Virus record (IMG/VR): IMGVR_UViG_3300014005_000001
Span: 6,649 to 70,648 of that record
Strand: one strand, 5' to 3'
Length of the DNA stretch: 64,000 nt
DNA from: a virus
Lineage: Duplodnaviria > Caudoviricetes
Shown here: piece by piece, positions 19,112-27,786 of the stretch
Layout of the letters: each line of letters opens with the position of its first letter
Position numbering within the stretch: position 1 is the stretch's first letter
The notes under the pieces: generated by a model
The model's database searches: none
What the model was told of the DNA's origin: nothing
The model's input: only the letters and a program-made list of their open reading frames with translations
Program-made: the position numbers and the translations under genes

Positions 19112-19510
19112 TTATTTAGTATTCGTACCTTCTACGCCTCGTTTTTCCCTACCCACAGTTCGTTTGCTAAGCCACAGTAATGCCTCTTCTAGCTTAGTGA
19201 TTGCCATTGAGTTCTCTCTACAACGGAAACCTGTTTGGTTGAAATGTTCAAGGCGACAAATAACCATAGCGATAAGATCCTCATTCGTTACACCGTTAAT
19301 ACCAGCTTCTTGGATTGGCCCTTCTTGAAAATTAATCTCTCCAACCTTTAAAGGTAATGGATTATCGTTCTCGACGTTATTAGGATTGTACATAACGATT
19401 CCAGTGTTAGCATAAACTTCAAAGTGATGTGGGGCATTGTTTGTAAACTCCTCTTCATGAAATACCTCTGTATACTTACTCGTTAACAAATCATGTTCTA
19501 GTCTTTTCAT
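19112..19510 (-). CDS. tad1: Tad1-family anti-Thoeris signal sponge
   Basis: INFQEGP...GVTNEDLIAMVICRL...FRCRENSMAITKLEEALLWL..R...R..RGVEGTN matches the Tad1 signature as recalled. Confidence 0.82.
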   Translation of the reverse strand: MKRLEHDLLTSKYTEVFHEEEFTNNAPHHFEVYANTGIVMYNPNNVENDNPLPLKVGEINFQEGPIQEAGINGVTNEDLIAMVICRLEHFNQTGFRCRENSMAITKLEEALLWLSKRTVGREKRGVEGTNTK

Positions 19511-19549
19511 TTTTCATTTCTCCTTTTTCTATTCAAATAAGAATTTTGT

Positions 19550-19858
19550 TTAGTCTTGCACTAGGTCTTTCAAATCAATAGGCTCAACCATTAATTCACG
19601 CTGTTTATCCGCTGTACTTGTTCCACCCCAAAACATTTCGCCACTTCCTACAATAAATGCTTCAATTGCTCCGCCTGATCTGTACTCTGATTTAAAACCA
19701 ACAGTTTCTCCGAATCTAAATAGCTTGCCTGGTTCTAAATCTGCTAACTTAACTTTCAACCCTCTCTCTCCGTTTCTAACAAGAATCTTTTCAAAACACT
19801 CTTTGCATATGCCGTTATGATTACCGTATTCCCTGCATTGGCTGCATTTTAATCCCAT
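19550..19858 (-). CDS. Hypothetical protein with N-terminal CxxC...CxxC
   Basis: 102 aa; GGAGG RBS; fills one cassette. Confidence 0.65.
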   Translation of the reverse strand: MGLKCSQCREYGNHNGICKECFEKILVRNGERGLKVKLADLEPGKLFRFGETVGFKSEYRSGGAIEAFIVGSGEMFWGGTSTADKQRELMVEPIDLKDLVQD

Positions 19859-20028
19859 TCTTTTTACCTCCTACCAAATAACTATTTTATTAATATCCTT
19901 ATTTCTCGATTTTAAGATCCGTGTTAAAATAACCTCATATCATTCTTTTTACTTTCACTTTAAAGATGATACTTCAATCTTGGCCCTAGTCTTCTAGGGC
20001 TTTTTTTATTTCAAATAAGGATTTTGTC

Positions 20029-20610
20029 TTAATATCCGTTATCCTGACGTTCAAAGTTTTCTTTATTTTTTTCTTTATACGCACGTACAATATCCTCATA
20101 TGTATATCCGTACAAGTAGCAAAGTCTGAAGAAAATACCGAAAGCCTTATGTAAATGTGTTAGAGTTACGTTTAAATCTCTATACTGGCACCACGCACGT
20201 TTAGCAGTTAAAATGTCCTGCATATACCATTCAAACAGCATGTTCACGTTTAATACATTTTTCTTCATAATGTATTGCTCGCGAAACATTGCTACAATTC
20301 TACGCTTTAAGGTATAACGATCTAGTTCAATTACAATGTTCATAAGAAAATGGAATCCATCAACTAATTCCACTAATAATCCATCTTTAGGAGTCCCAAA
20401 CCCTACACTCCACATTTTGAACGCTCTCGTTTCATTCCACGCCTCGCCAATCTCAACTAACAACGCACGGAACAACATGTCTAATTTGTCATTACCTTTA
20501 TAACCAATACGTCTATCAAGTTCCTTTTGCATTTCTATTAATTCACTAATATCAAATGTTTGGTTCGTTTCTTCTTTAGTAATAATATGCAAGTTAGTTA
20601 CATGTATCAT
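20029..20610 (-). CDS. dut: Dimeric (all-alpha) dUTPase
   Basis: ALLVEIGEAWNETRAFKMW, ELVDGFHF and KNKENFERQDNGY. Confidence 0.85.
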   Translation of the reverse strand: MIHVTNLHIITKEETNQTFDISELIEMQKELDRRIGYKGNDKLDMLFRALLVEIGEAWNETRAFKMWSVGFGTPKDGLLVELVDGFHFLMNIVIELDRYTLKRRIVAMFREQYIMKKNVLNVNMLFEWYMQDILTAKRAWCQYRDLNVTLTHLHKAFGIFFRLCYLYGYTYEDIVRAYKEKNKENFERQDNGY

Positions 20611-21101
20611 TGTGCATACGCTCCTTTTCGATAATCTTTAATAATGTCACCATTTCCATTAAAATAAGCAATTTCCCAATACGGATTAAATCTAAACTTA
20701 TCCGGATTACCATCTAAAATAACGTACAAATCATTTTTACAATTCCCCACGATTGTCCCCATTCTTCCCTGTACTTCGACACGCATCCCGCGCTTGGCAA
20801 ATGGTATTCTCCTGTAGTTACACATTTTCCGAAATGCTGCTTCTTGTCCAAAAAGCGTCGCAATATCTACTACTCCCAGGTACTTGCAACTAATGAACCT
20901 TTCAAATTGTTCAAATGGCATATCTATAAAGTGCTGCTTTTTAAATTGTTTATAATAGTGATATTTTGCTTTCTCTTCACTTTCTTTGGAAATGATATGG
21001 TCACATCTCCACTGCGGAAAAACTGTTGAAATATGATACTTGTATGTAGGAGCAGCAGCCATTAGTTTCCCTCCTGACCAACAAAAGAGACTTTTGACCA
21101 A
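20607..21101 (-). CDS. Hypothetical phage protein
   Basis: Track ORF in the early operon. Confidence 0.6.
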   Translation of the reverse strand: MVKSLFCWSGGKLMAAAPTYKYHISTVFPQWRCDHIISKESEEKAKYHYYKQFKKQHFIDMPFEQFERFISCKYLGVVDIATLFGQEAAFRKMCNYRRIPFAKRGMRVEVQGRMGTIVGNCKNDLYVILDGNPDKFRFNPYWEIAYFNGNGDIIKDYRKGAYAQ

Positions 21102-21499
21102 TCCATTTCTGCTGTTTCTTCTTGATTAATCATCTCCAAAGGTACTTCTAGCAAGAAGCGCGCTGTTTTGTTGCAATTCGTGCATTTCACATGGATGGAT
21201 TTGTCTTCTGCGCTTACCATGATTCCGCCGATTCCGTTATCCTCAGTCGCGATAATTGGCAATACAGATGTAACTGGACCTTCATTTTCAAATTCTTTTT
21301 CAACCAAACTAGCCAGTATATTCATTCCACATAAGCAAGTAATTTCAAATTTCATATTATTTATCCCCTTTAATTGTTTTATATTTGTAACTATTAGCAA
21401 GACCGTCAATTCCAGCTCGTCCAATTCCCACAATTGACGGTCTCTGAGCCTATAACACTTCAAATCTATTAATCGATTTATTATCTTTTGTTTCTCCAA
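21062..21499 (-). CDS. Hypothetical phage protein (CxC...CxxC)
   Basis: Track ORF in the early operon. Confidence 0.6.
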   Translation of the reverse strand: MEKQKIINRLIDLKCYRLRDRQLWELDELELTVLLIVTNIKQLKGINNMKFEITCLCGMNILASLVEKEFENEGPVTSVLPIIATEDNGIGGIMVSAEDKSIHVKCTNCNKTARFLLEVPLEMINQEETAEMDWSKVSFVGQEGN

Positions 21500-21612
21500 T
21501 TGCTTTGTTCACCTGCTGTTTACTTTTGAATCTTGTCGAATACCCTAATTGCTATAGCTATAATAAGACTGAATATTACAAAAACAATTAATGTATCCTT
21601 ATCCATAACGGA

Positions 21613-22113
21613 TTAACCCGCCATATCTTCTGCGAAAAAGTAGATTTCCAGTTCTTTAGGATCTGTTTGGAACCTTTCATCTGAGTTATTGACAAGTACT
21701 GTTACAAGTCCTGTTCCCGGATCTTGATGTTGTACAGTTAACACCGATGTATCGTCAGTAACAAAGTCGCCAGGATGAAATTCGTTGTTTTTTCTACCTT
21801 TAGCAGCAAATACTCTGCGACGCTCTTCCCAATACTGTTCATCCTCTGTTGCTTTGCGGCACTGGTCAGCAAACTGCCAGCCCTTATCCCCCACACTCAT
21901 AACCGATTCATTACCCCAAGTTCCATATACTGCAATGCGCTCGTGCTGATCGATAAACGCAATGTCTTGCACCTCTGCAAACATTGTGTAATCTTTACCT
22001 TCAAACGCTACCCATTCTCCCGCTTTAAATGGTGGCATAATAATTTCCGTTACATTTATATTCACTACAGTCATTTTCATATTTAATTCCTCCTTAATTT
22101 GTACTAAACCCAA
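21613..22113 (-). CDS. Hypothetical phage protein
   Basis: Track ORF in the early operon. Confidence 0.6.
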   Translation of the reverse strand: MGLVQIKEELNMKMTVVNINVTEIIMPPFKAGEWVAFEGKDYTMFAEVQDIAFIDQHERIAVYGTWGNESVMSVGDKGWQFADQCRKATEDEQYWEERRRVFAAKGRKNNEFHPGDFVTDDTSVLTVQHQDPGTGLVTVLVNNSDERFQTDPKELEIYFFAEDMAG

Positions 22114-22472
22114 AAATCTACACTTTGTTCTAATTGAACATCCATTTCCTTACGAGCATATTCATGTTTCTTATTCTTGAATTTAACTGAATAATAGAAG
22201 CCATTTTTACTAACTCCCCTTACTCTGTCTATATGTTGGTACTGGAATACCTTGAATTCTTTCGCATACTCACTTGGATCTTTATCCGTTCCACAATTGC
22301 TCCAACCGTTCTTTATATATTGACCAGGATCATCACATACTACATAAATTTCTTCTTTCTCATTAGCAACTAAATAGATGTCATCCCAATACTCTAAAGT
22401 TTTCATCCCTATTTTGATTGCCCTTACTGCATCGAGAATACTTTTAAATTCAGCTTCCATAGTATTTAACAC
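22104..22472 (-). CDS. Hypothetical phage protein
   Basis: Track ORF in the early operon. Confidence 0.6.
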   Translation of the reverse strand: MLNTMEAEFKSILDAVRAIKIGMKTLEYWDDIYLVANEKEEIYVVCDDPGQYIKNGWSNCGTDKDPSEYAKEFKVFQYQHIDRVRGVSKNGFYYSVKFKNKKHEYARKEMDVQLEQSVDFWV

Positions 22473-22479
22473 CCTTTCA

Positions 22480-22872
22480 TTATTTAAGATATTTAGTTAC
22501 ATATTGCGGTCTAAATCCACTATCCAAATAGATCCTTAGCTGCTGCGGCTCTTGCGATTCCCTTGCCGCGCAGCAAATCTTCTCTGCGGAATCCCAATGA
22601 AAACTTTTGTCTTCACTTCTCTTATAACGCCATATAGCTGTGACGTAATCTATGAACATGTCAAAGTGATTATCCTGTTTTGTAGAGCGCGGCAGCTCGT
22701 CCGCGCTCCAGACATCGCATGGAATAATAGCCATGACATCTACAAAGCTTGACAACCCTCGCCTTTGTTCTACATTCGCCTTCTTTATATCAAAAGGAGA
22801 ACTTTCTAATATATCTGGTTGTTTTATAGAATCATTCAGTAACAGTGTCAGTTGTTCCGTCATGGCGCTCAC
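22480..22872 (-). CDS. Hypothetical phage protein
   Basis: Track ORF overlapping its upstream neighbour. Confidence 0.6.
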   Translation of the reverse strand: MSAMTEQLTLLLNDSIKQPDILESSPFDIKKANVEQRRGLSSFVDVMAIIPCDVWSADELPRSTKQDNHFDMFIDYVTAIWRYKRSEDKSFHWDSAEKICCAARESQEPQQLRIYLDSGFRPQYVTKYLK

Positions 22873-23344
22873 CTTCTAACTGCATTTGCAGTGTTGCAGT
22901 GAATCCACGTTCTAATACTGATCCGATAACTGCATTCATCCATAAATGAGTTCCGATCTTCCTTTGTAAAAGTGTTATAATCGTTAGCATTTCTTTTGTA
23001 GATAGTGAAACAAATTCACCTAATTTTTCTTGGTTAAATTGCCCACCACGCTTTTCTATGTTTAAAGTAATGTTATTTTCTCTCACATACTGTTCCGCCT
23101 TAATTAGATCAAACTGACGAACCTTATCACGTCCATATTTGGTAATTAACGCTTTTAACATATCTACTAAAACATTGATATCTACCACTTTTAATTTGGT
23201 TTCCATCTCACCACGGCAAGATTTGCATAACGTTTTTTCGCAACCATCAATATGCATATTTGTGACATCGGATTCTGGTATTACATCACCGCAAATATCG
23301 CACCATTCGCTATTGTCAAACAACGCACTGAACATAAATTTCAT
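22832..23344 (-). CDS. Hypothetical protein with N-terminal zinc finger
   Basis: CDICG...LCKSCR; GGAG-type RBS. Confidence 0.65.
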   Translation of the reverse strand: MKFMFSALFDNSEWCDICGDVIPESDVTNMHIDGCEKTLCKSCRGEMETKLKVVDINVLVDMLKALITKYGRDKVRQFDLIKAEQYVRENNITLNIEKRGGQFNQEKLGEFVSLSTKEMLTIITLLQRKIGTHLWMNAVIGSVLERGFTATLQMQLEGERHDGTTDTVTE

Positions 23345-23481
23345 CTCCCAACCTTTAATTTTTAATCGTTTATATATAACGCACTTATTGCATGGCCGCT
23401 AGTGCGTTTATGTGTACTAATGTGTTATAATTGCAAATGTAAATTCTTTCTTAACTACCCATCTCGCAAATGGGTATTTTT

Positions 23482-23829
23482 TTATATACTTTTTTTGATT
23501 TCTTCTACTATCTTCGAACTTCCACTAACCTTTTCTAGATGCTTAGCAACCTTCAAAACTTCATTTCTTTCTTTACTTTTATTTTGTTGATCACTCTTCT
23601 GCTTTTTCATGTACAGGTCTATAAGTTCCGATTCAATCGCAACTGCTTCACTAGATTGTTTGTCGCATAGTGTTTTTAATTCTTGAGCAGCTGTAAACTC
23701 ACCAGAATTCATTGCTCTTTCACATTGAGAGAGTAATAACTTACGATTCATCATATATTCTCGAAGCTTCCCCTCTAAAAGTTCAGCTCTTTGTACATGC
23801 TTAGGAAGCACTCTGTCTCTTATTCCCAA
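23482..23829 (-). CDS. Hypothetical coiled-coil phage protein
   Basis: Track ORF. Confidence 0.6.
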   Translation of the reverse strand: MGIRDRVLPKHVQRAELLEGKLREYMMNRKLLLSQCERAMNSGEFTAAQELKTLCDKQSSEAVAIESELIDLYMKKQKSDQQNKSKERNEVLKVAKHLEKVSGSSKIVEEIKKSI

Positions 23830-23981
23830 TTACATTCACTTCCCGTTCTTGTTTACGGTCATCTTCATCGAGTTTTCGCTCGATGAAGCTACCGCCTTTG
23901 TATGCTGCTAATGCTAGTAATCCAAGTCCTAAACCAAAGATACACACGGCATTGGTACTCTCAACTAAGACAATGTCCATT

Positions 23982-24329
23982 TTATTGAACCCTCTCTCCT
24001 ACATGGTCTAATACTTCTCCTTCTGTACTAATAAACATCTGGCCTTTAACTCCGGAAAGCAGTTCTTGTCCAATTACATTGCCACTATCATCATGGTTAA
24101 TTAAGATTTTCGACTCAACTTCATCTGCTGGTACTAGAGTCGATTTAGTTTGCACTTTACATGCACACACATCACGTTTGTCATTACCTGTAATTGATAA
24201 TGTTATGACAATTTTTCTTGCCTTTTTTGGATCGGTATTAATATCCGACATATTTTCCATCACTTTTTGAAATTCACTATTAAATTGTTCTGCTAATGCT
24301 CCATTAGCAAATGAATTTAAGTCAATCAT
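23982..24329 (-). CDS. Conserved Firmicutes phage protein (often labelled replication terminator protein)
   Basis: DLNSFANGALAEQF...NTDPKKARKIVITL pattern. Confidence 0.6.
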   Translation of the reverse strand: MIDLNSFANGALAEQFNSEFQKVMENMSDINTDPKKARKIVITLSITGNDKRDVCACKVQTKSTLVPADEVESKILINHDDSGNVIGQELLSGVKGQMFISTEGEVLDHVGERVQ

Positions 24330-24344
24330 CTTTCTTCCCCCTTG

Positions 24345-25019
24345 TTAAACTAATCTTGGTCGCCATGCTTTAATGTAAGAAATAGCTTCATCAAAGTCTT
24401 TCTGACGAATATTACGATAACTGTTTACCGCAAATGAATTTTTCACATCTTTCCAAGCTGCTGAAAATAACTTACTTTTGCTATCATGTACTTCGGGATT
24501 AAATGTCCCTTCATCCCAGAGCTTACACACCCTACGATTAACAGCATTTCTAATTGCTAATTGTTGACTATAATCAACTGTCATACGTTCTTGTACTGTT
24601 TGCTCTAGTTTGCCTAATCGATCTCCATGACTCATCATTTCTGTTGTCATGATATTGATCATTTGTAATGGATGCATTTTTTGTTTAATTTGTTGTTCCA
24701 TACGGTTAAATTCATATATGTAACTTTCTTTCATTTGAGCTGCTCTTTCACCCGTATATCCCATAACCAGAAACATTAATCCATCTCGTTTAAGCAGATA
24801 CTTAGGTCTTACCTTCTGTTGAGCATCCTTATATTCGGCCAACGAAAAATTTCGTTCGCTAAATTCTGTGCTACAGTTTAAGGATTCAATACTTTTCAGT
24901 ACATCTGCATGACGTTTATTGAAAACATCTGCAACTGTTAAACTGTCAGTCACTAAATCATTTCCTTCTATGAATACCAAATGACTCACTGGATGCTGTA
25001 TTGCTTGAAGTCGACTCAT
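24345..25019 (-). CDS. Rha-family regulator/antirepressor with ORF6C-like C-terminus
   Basis: TDSLTVADVFNKRHADVLKSI, LVMGYTG and VNSYRNIRQKDFDEAISYIKAW. Confidence 0.88.
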   Translation of the reverse strand: MSRLQAIQHPVSHLVFIEGNDLVTDSLTVADVFNKRHADVLKSIESLNCSTEFSERNFSLAEYKDAQQKVRPKYLLKRDGLMFLVMGYTGERAAQMKESYIYEFNRMEQQIKQKMHPLQMINIMTTEMMSHGDRLGKLEQTVQERMTVDYSQQLAIRNAVNRRVCKLWDEGTFNPEVHDSKSKLFSAAWKDVKNSFAVNSYRNIRQKDFDEAISYIKAWRPRLV

Positions 25020-25032
25020 TCCAAACCCTCCT

Positions 25033-25492
25033 GAGTTTATTTTTCGTAAACTTTTTTATTAATTATTTCTTTTTATATAAGTTTGCATTTTGCAAACTTT
25101 TTGTTTAAAAAAATAAACCGATTAATTTCGATTTTATGTCATGGTGCATTAATTATCTGATTTCAAAAAATCACTTATTGGAGTATCTAGAACTTCTGAC
25201 ATGGCAATCAAAGCCTTTCTTCCTGGTTGGCTTTTTCCACTTAAATATAAAGAAACAGTAGAAGGGTCCCGTTCTATAGCAGATGCTAGGTCAATTTGTT
25301 TCATTTTCCTCTTTCTAAGCAAAGTTGACACTTTCTCGCTGTCAAATTTCATTTTAATTTCACCTCGCTTGTGCTTTACACTTTGAATTCTATCAAAAAG
25401 TTTGTAAAATGTAAACTTTTTATTATTTTTTTTACTTTTACGTCATTTAAATCTAGTTCTAACTATTACAAAAGTTTGATTCTATCAAACTT
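25033..25492. promoter_or_regulatory. Four candidate repressor operators AAGTTTG-N7-CAAACTT
   Basis: Sites at 25033-25053, 25079-25099, 25398-25418 and 25472-25492, flanking cro. Confidence 0.7.
25149..25352 (-). CDS. Cro-like XRE HTH protein
   Basis: 67-aa HTH divergent from cI. Confidence 0.85.
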   Translation of the reverse strand: MKFDSEKVSTLLRKRKMKQIDLASAIERDPSTVSLYLSGKSQPGRKALIAMSEVLDTPISDFLKSDN

Positions 25493-25571
25493 TTGTAATA
25501 GAATGTACTTAATTGCATATTAACTAAATTGACTATAACTGAAATGATTATATATAAAGGGTGAATAATTT

Positions 25572-25910
25572 ATGCGTGGAGATAGGGTAAAACAATTGAG
25601 GAAATCCAAAGGTTGGACACAGGGTGAACTTGGGGAAGCTGTAGGTTTAAAAAAAGCTACAATTTCATTAATAGAAAACAATAAACGAGATCGAAGTGAG
25701 AGATCCGTTTCTGTATTTGCAGAAGTTTTAGGGTGTACATCTGATTATTTACTAGGATTTTCAGACGATCCACAATTAAATAGTGAACAACATTCCAGAT
25801 TGAAACAAGAATTTGATGAAATTTATGAGATGCTGCAAAAAATGCCAGAAGCAGAACAAGAGATGTATTTGAAATGGATAAAAGCTGGTTTAAATACAGA
25901 AAGTAAGTAA
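25572..25910 (+). CDS. CI-like XRE repressor
   Basis: RVKQLRKSKGWTQGELGEAVGLKKATISLIENN...LGCTSDYLLG. Confidence 0.88.
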   Translation: MRGDRVKQLRKSKGWTQGELGEAVGLKKATISLIENNKRDRSERSVSVFAEVLGCTSDYLLGFSDDPQLNSEQHSRLKQEFDEIYEMLQKMPEAEQEMYLKWIKAGLNTESK

Positions 25911-25946
25911 ATGATTGTTAGCATGAGCGCTAACAATCATTTTTTT
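25911..25946 (+). terminator. cI terminator (U-tract on the + strand only)
   Basis: atgattgttagc-atgagc-gctaacaatcat followed by a T-run. Confidence 0.8.
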
Positions 25947-26089
25947 CGTTTTTCAAGCGATTCTTTAATATCATTAACATGATTCCTAGCCTTTTCATCT
26001 GTTTCCCCTTTTTTTAATAATTCCCATAGATTAGTAGCTAGATCATTTTTTTCTGTTGTATTTTCTTCATGTACTAATGCTAAACTCAT
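25937..26089 (-). CDS. aimX-position small ORF (50 aa), convergent with cI
   Basis: Hand-translated MSLALVHEENTTEKNDLATNLWELLKKGETDEKARNHVNDIKESLEKRKK; purine-rich RBS. Confidence 0.55.
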   Translation of the reverse strand: MSLALVHEENTTEKNDLATNLWELLKKGETDEKARNHVNDIKESLEKRKK

Positions 26090-26197
26090 TATTTATTCCC
26101 CCTACATCCTTTTTATTTTATATGCACCGTTTAGAATGGAAAGTTTTTATCGCTTTTTATCTGGAATCATCAAAAAAGTTTCCACTCTTTATAAAGC

Positions 26198-26233
26198 AGA
26201 AATGACACTATCAAATATGATAGTGTCATTTCT
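26198..26233. terminator. Perfect 16-bp hairpin downstream of aimP
   Basis: agaaatgacactatca-aata-tgatagtgtcatttct. Confidence 0.75.
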
Positions 26234-26253
26234 AATATTATTATTTATAAAAA

Positions 26254-26394
26254 TCAACCGCCGCCCGGATTCGGGTCCATATACATTACTGGCGCGTCTA
26301 CATGCTTAATTTTATCTTGTTTTGTAGCTGGTGCAAATGTAAAAGTAGCAGCTGCCGCAATTGTCAAAATAACTTTAAATAACTTGGACTTCAA
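26254..26394 (-). CDS. aimP: Arbitrium pro-peptide (46 aa)
   Basis: Not in the track; TTG start after GAGGCGGTG; MKSKLFKVILTIAAAATFTFAPATKQDKIKHVDAPVMYMDPNPGGG is a signal peptide plus a PGGG-ending tail. Confidence 0.82.
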   Translation of the reverse strand: MKSKLFKVILTIAAAATFTFAPATKQDKIKHVDAPVMYMDPNPGGG

Positions 26395-26413
26395 ACATTT
26401 CACCGCCTCTTAC

Positions 26414-27598
26414 TTATATAATTTGATTATAACATTTTAATGCATTAATAGGTAGAGAAATATAGAAGAAATCACCTGTTTTAGAAAAACTTTCTACGGA
26501 CTGTTCAAAATATTCCTTATCACCTGTTGCCAGTCCCATATAATACAGTTGAAAGGCACTAAGTGAACCATTCTGCTTCTCTAGTCCTCTAAGTATTTCT
26601 AAAGCTTCTTCCTTTTTACCGATTTTTATATAAAAAAACGCTAACTCTGCTAAATCAAGTTTGGTACGATCAATTGAATCCAAGTCTTTCCCATGATGTA
26701 TTTTTAAGAATAGTAAAACATTTAATATTTTATTTTTTCTTATTTTAAACTTTTTATTAACTGGAACACCTATAAGTTCAAGTGCTTTGCAGATATAGTT
26801 TTTCGCCGTTTCATAATCACTTAGCGCATAACTTTCTCCTAATTTACAATAAGCAATTGCTTTAGTACTTATATAATAGTTAAAAGGGTCATTTAAAATT
26901 TCAAAACAAATTTCTCTCGCCTTAAACAAATCTCCGTTATTATGCAAATGAATAGGTACTTGCATTTCTTTTACACGCAAGAGAAATGAATTTCGATTTG
27001 TTTGTTTTGAAACTTTCTCAATCCTAGGTAATACACTTTCAATATATTCATTAACCTTTTGGTAATTACTAAAATCTAAATAGGAATACATCATACTAAA
27101 ATCCGAAACAATCATTAAGTCATCATCAGTATTTTTTTGGAATTCTCTTTTCTGTTGAACTTCATTAAAAAAGTCCCTTGCAATAATAGTTCCTTCGCTT
27201 CTCTTTCTAAGAAGCTGATAATATTCAGCGATTTTCACATTAGTACGTACAGTTGGCGAATCGCCTTTTTTTGTTTGTGATTTCATTATTTGTTCAATTA
27301 CTAATTCTTGAAGTTCATATTCCCCAAACATATCTAAAACTTCTAGCGCTAGTTTTAAATTTTTATGAGATAGTCTTGGTATATACTCTTTAATGCAATT
27401 CCTTCTAAACTCTACATCTTTAGGTTTATATAGTCTAAGAGCGTCAACTAAGTGCATAAAATCAAATTTATCTTGTTTTTTAAAATAACTATTTACTGTT
27501 GTATGCGTTACTTTAAATCTTGTTGCTAATTTTCGATTCGTATACCCATTTGATTTTAAAGTTTCTTGCATGTCACTCAAATCTAATAAAGTTCGCAC
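26414..27598 (-). CDS. aimR: AimR-family arbitrium peptide receptor
   Basis: About 394 aa from a GTG after AAGGAGG; N-terminal HTH, TPR-like helices; followed by a secreted peptide gene. Confidence 0.85.
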   Translation of the reverse strand: MRTLLDLSDMQETLKSNGYTNRKLATRFKVTHTTVNSYFKKQDKFDFMHLVDALRLYKPKDVEFRRNCIKEYIPRLSHKNLKLALEVLDMFGEYELQELVIEQIMKSQTKKGDSPTVRTNVKIAEYYQLLRKRSEGTIIARDFFNEVQQKREFQKNTDDDLMIVSDFSMMYSYLDFSNYQKVNEYIESVLPRIEKVSKQTNRNSFLLRVKEMQVPIHLHNNGDLFKAREICFEILNDPFNYYISTKAIAYCKLGESYALSDYETAKNYICKALELIGVPVNKKFKIRKNKILNVLLFLKIHHGKDLDSIDRTKLDLAELAFFYIKIGKKEEALEILRGLEKQNGSLSAFQLYYMGLATGDKEYFEQSVESFSKTGDFFYISLPINALKCYNQII

Positions 27599-27699
27599 AA
27601 TCTTTGTCCTCCTTGTGGACAAAAAGACACGTAACCCCATTTTATTACATATAAAGGAAAACGCGCCACTTTCAATCTAAGATGTGTTATAATAATTAT

Positions 27700-27786
27700 G
27701 TACAAGATCCGCGACAATGTTCCCTACCTGGATTAGGGGGCAGTGTAAGAGTGCGTCCAACACTACTTACACCGTGGGTCTTTTTC
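27700..27786 (+). ncRNA. Candidate ~85-nt structured RNA antisense to the aimR upstream region
   Basis: Extended -10 TGTTATAAT (27685-27693); closing stem 27706-27713/27773-27780 around two hairpins; U6 tail. Confidence 0.45.

Larger units (their letters stand above)
17255..20026. repeat. Array of 16-bp quasi-palindromes CAAAAT-N4-ATTTTG, one per gene junction
   Basis: Copies start at 17255, 17966, 18754 (weak), 18905, 19087, 19533, 19874 and 20011. Confidence 0.8.

Noticed and set aside
19983-20008. Hairpin with a U-tract on the + strand below the dUTPase gene
   Set aside because: Could end an antisense RNA, but no convincing + strand promoter was found; insufficient support
22480-22872. 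Possible SepF label sometimes attached to such phage proteins
   Set aside because: No SepF motifs recognisable in the sequence
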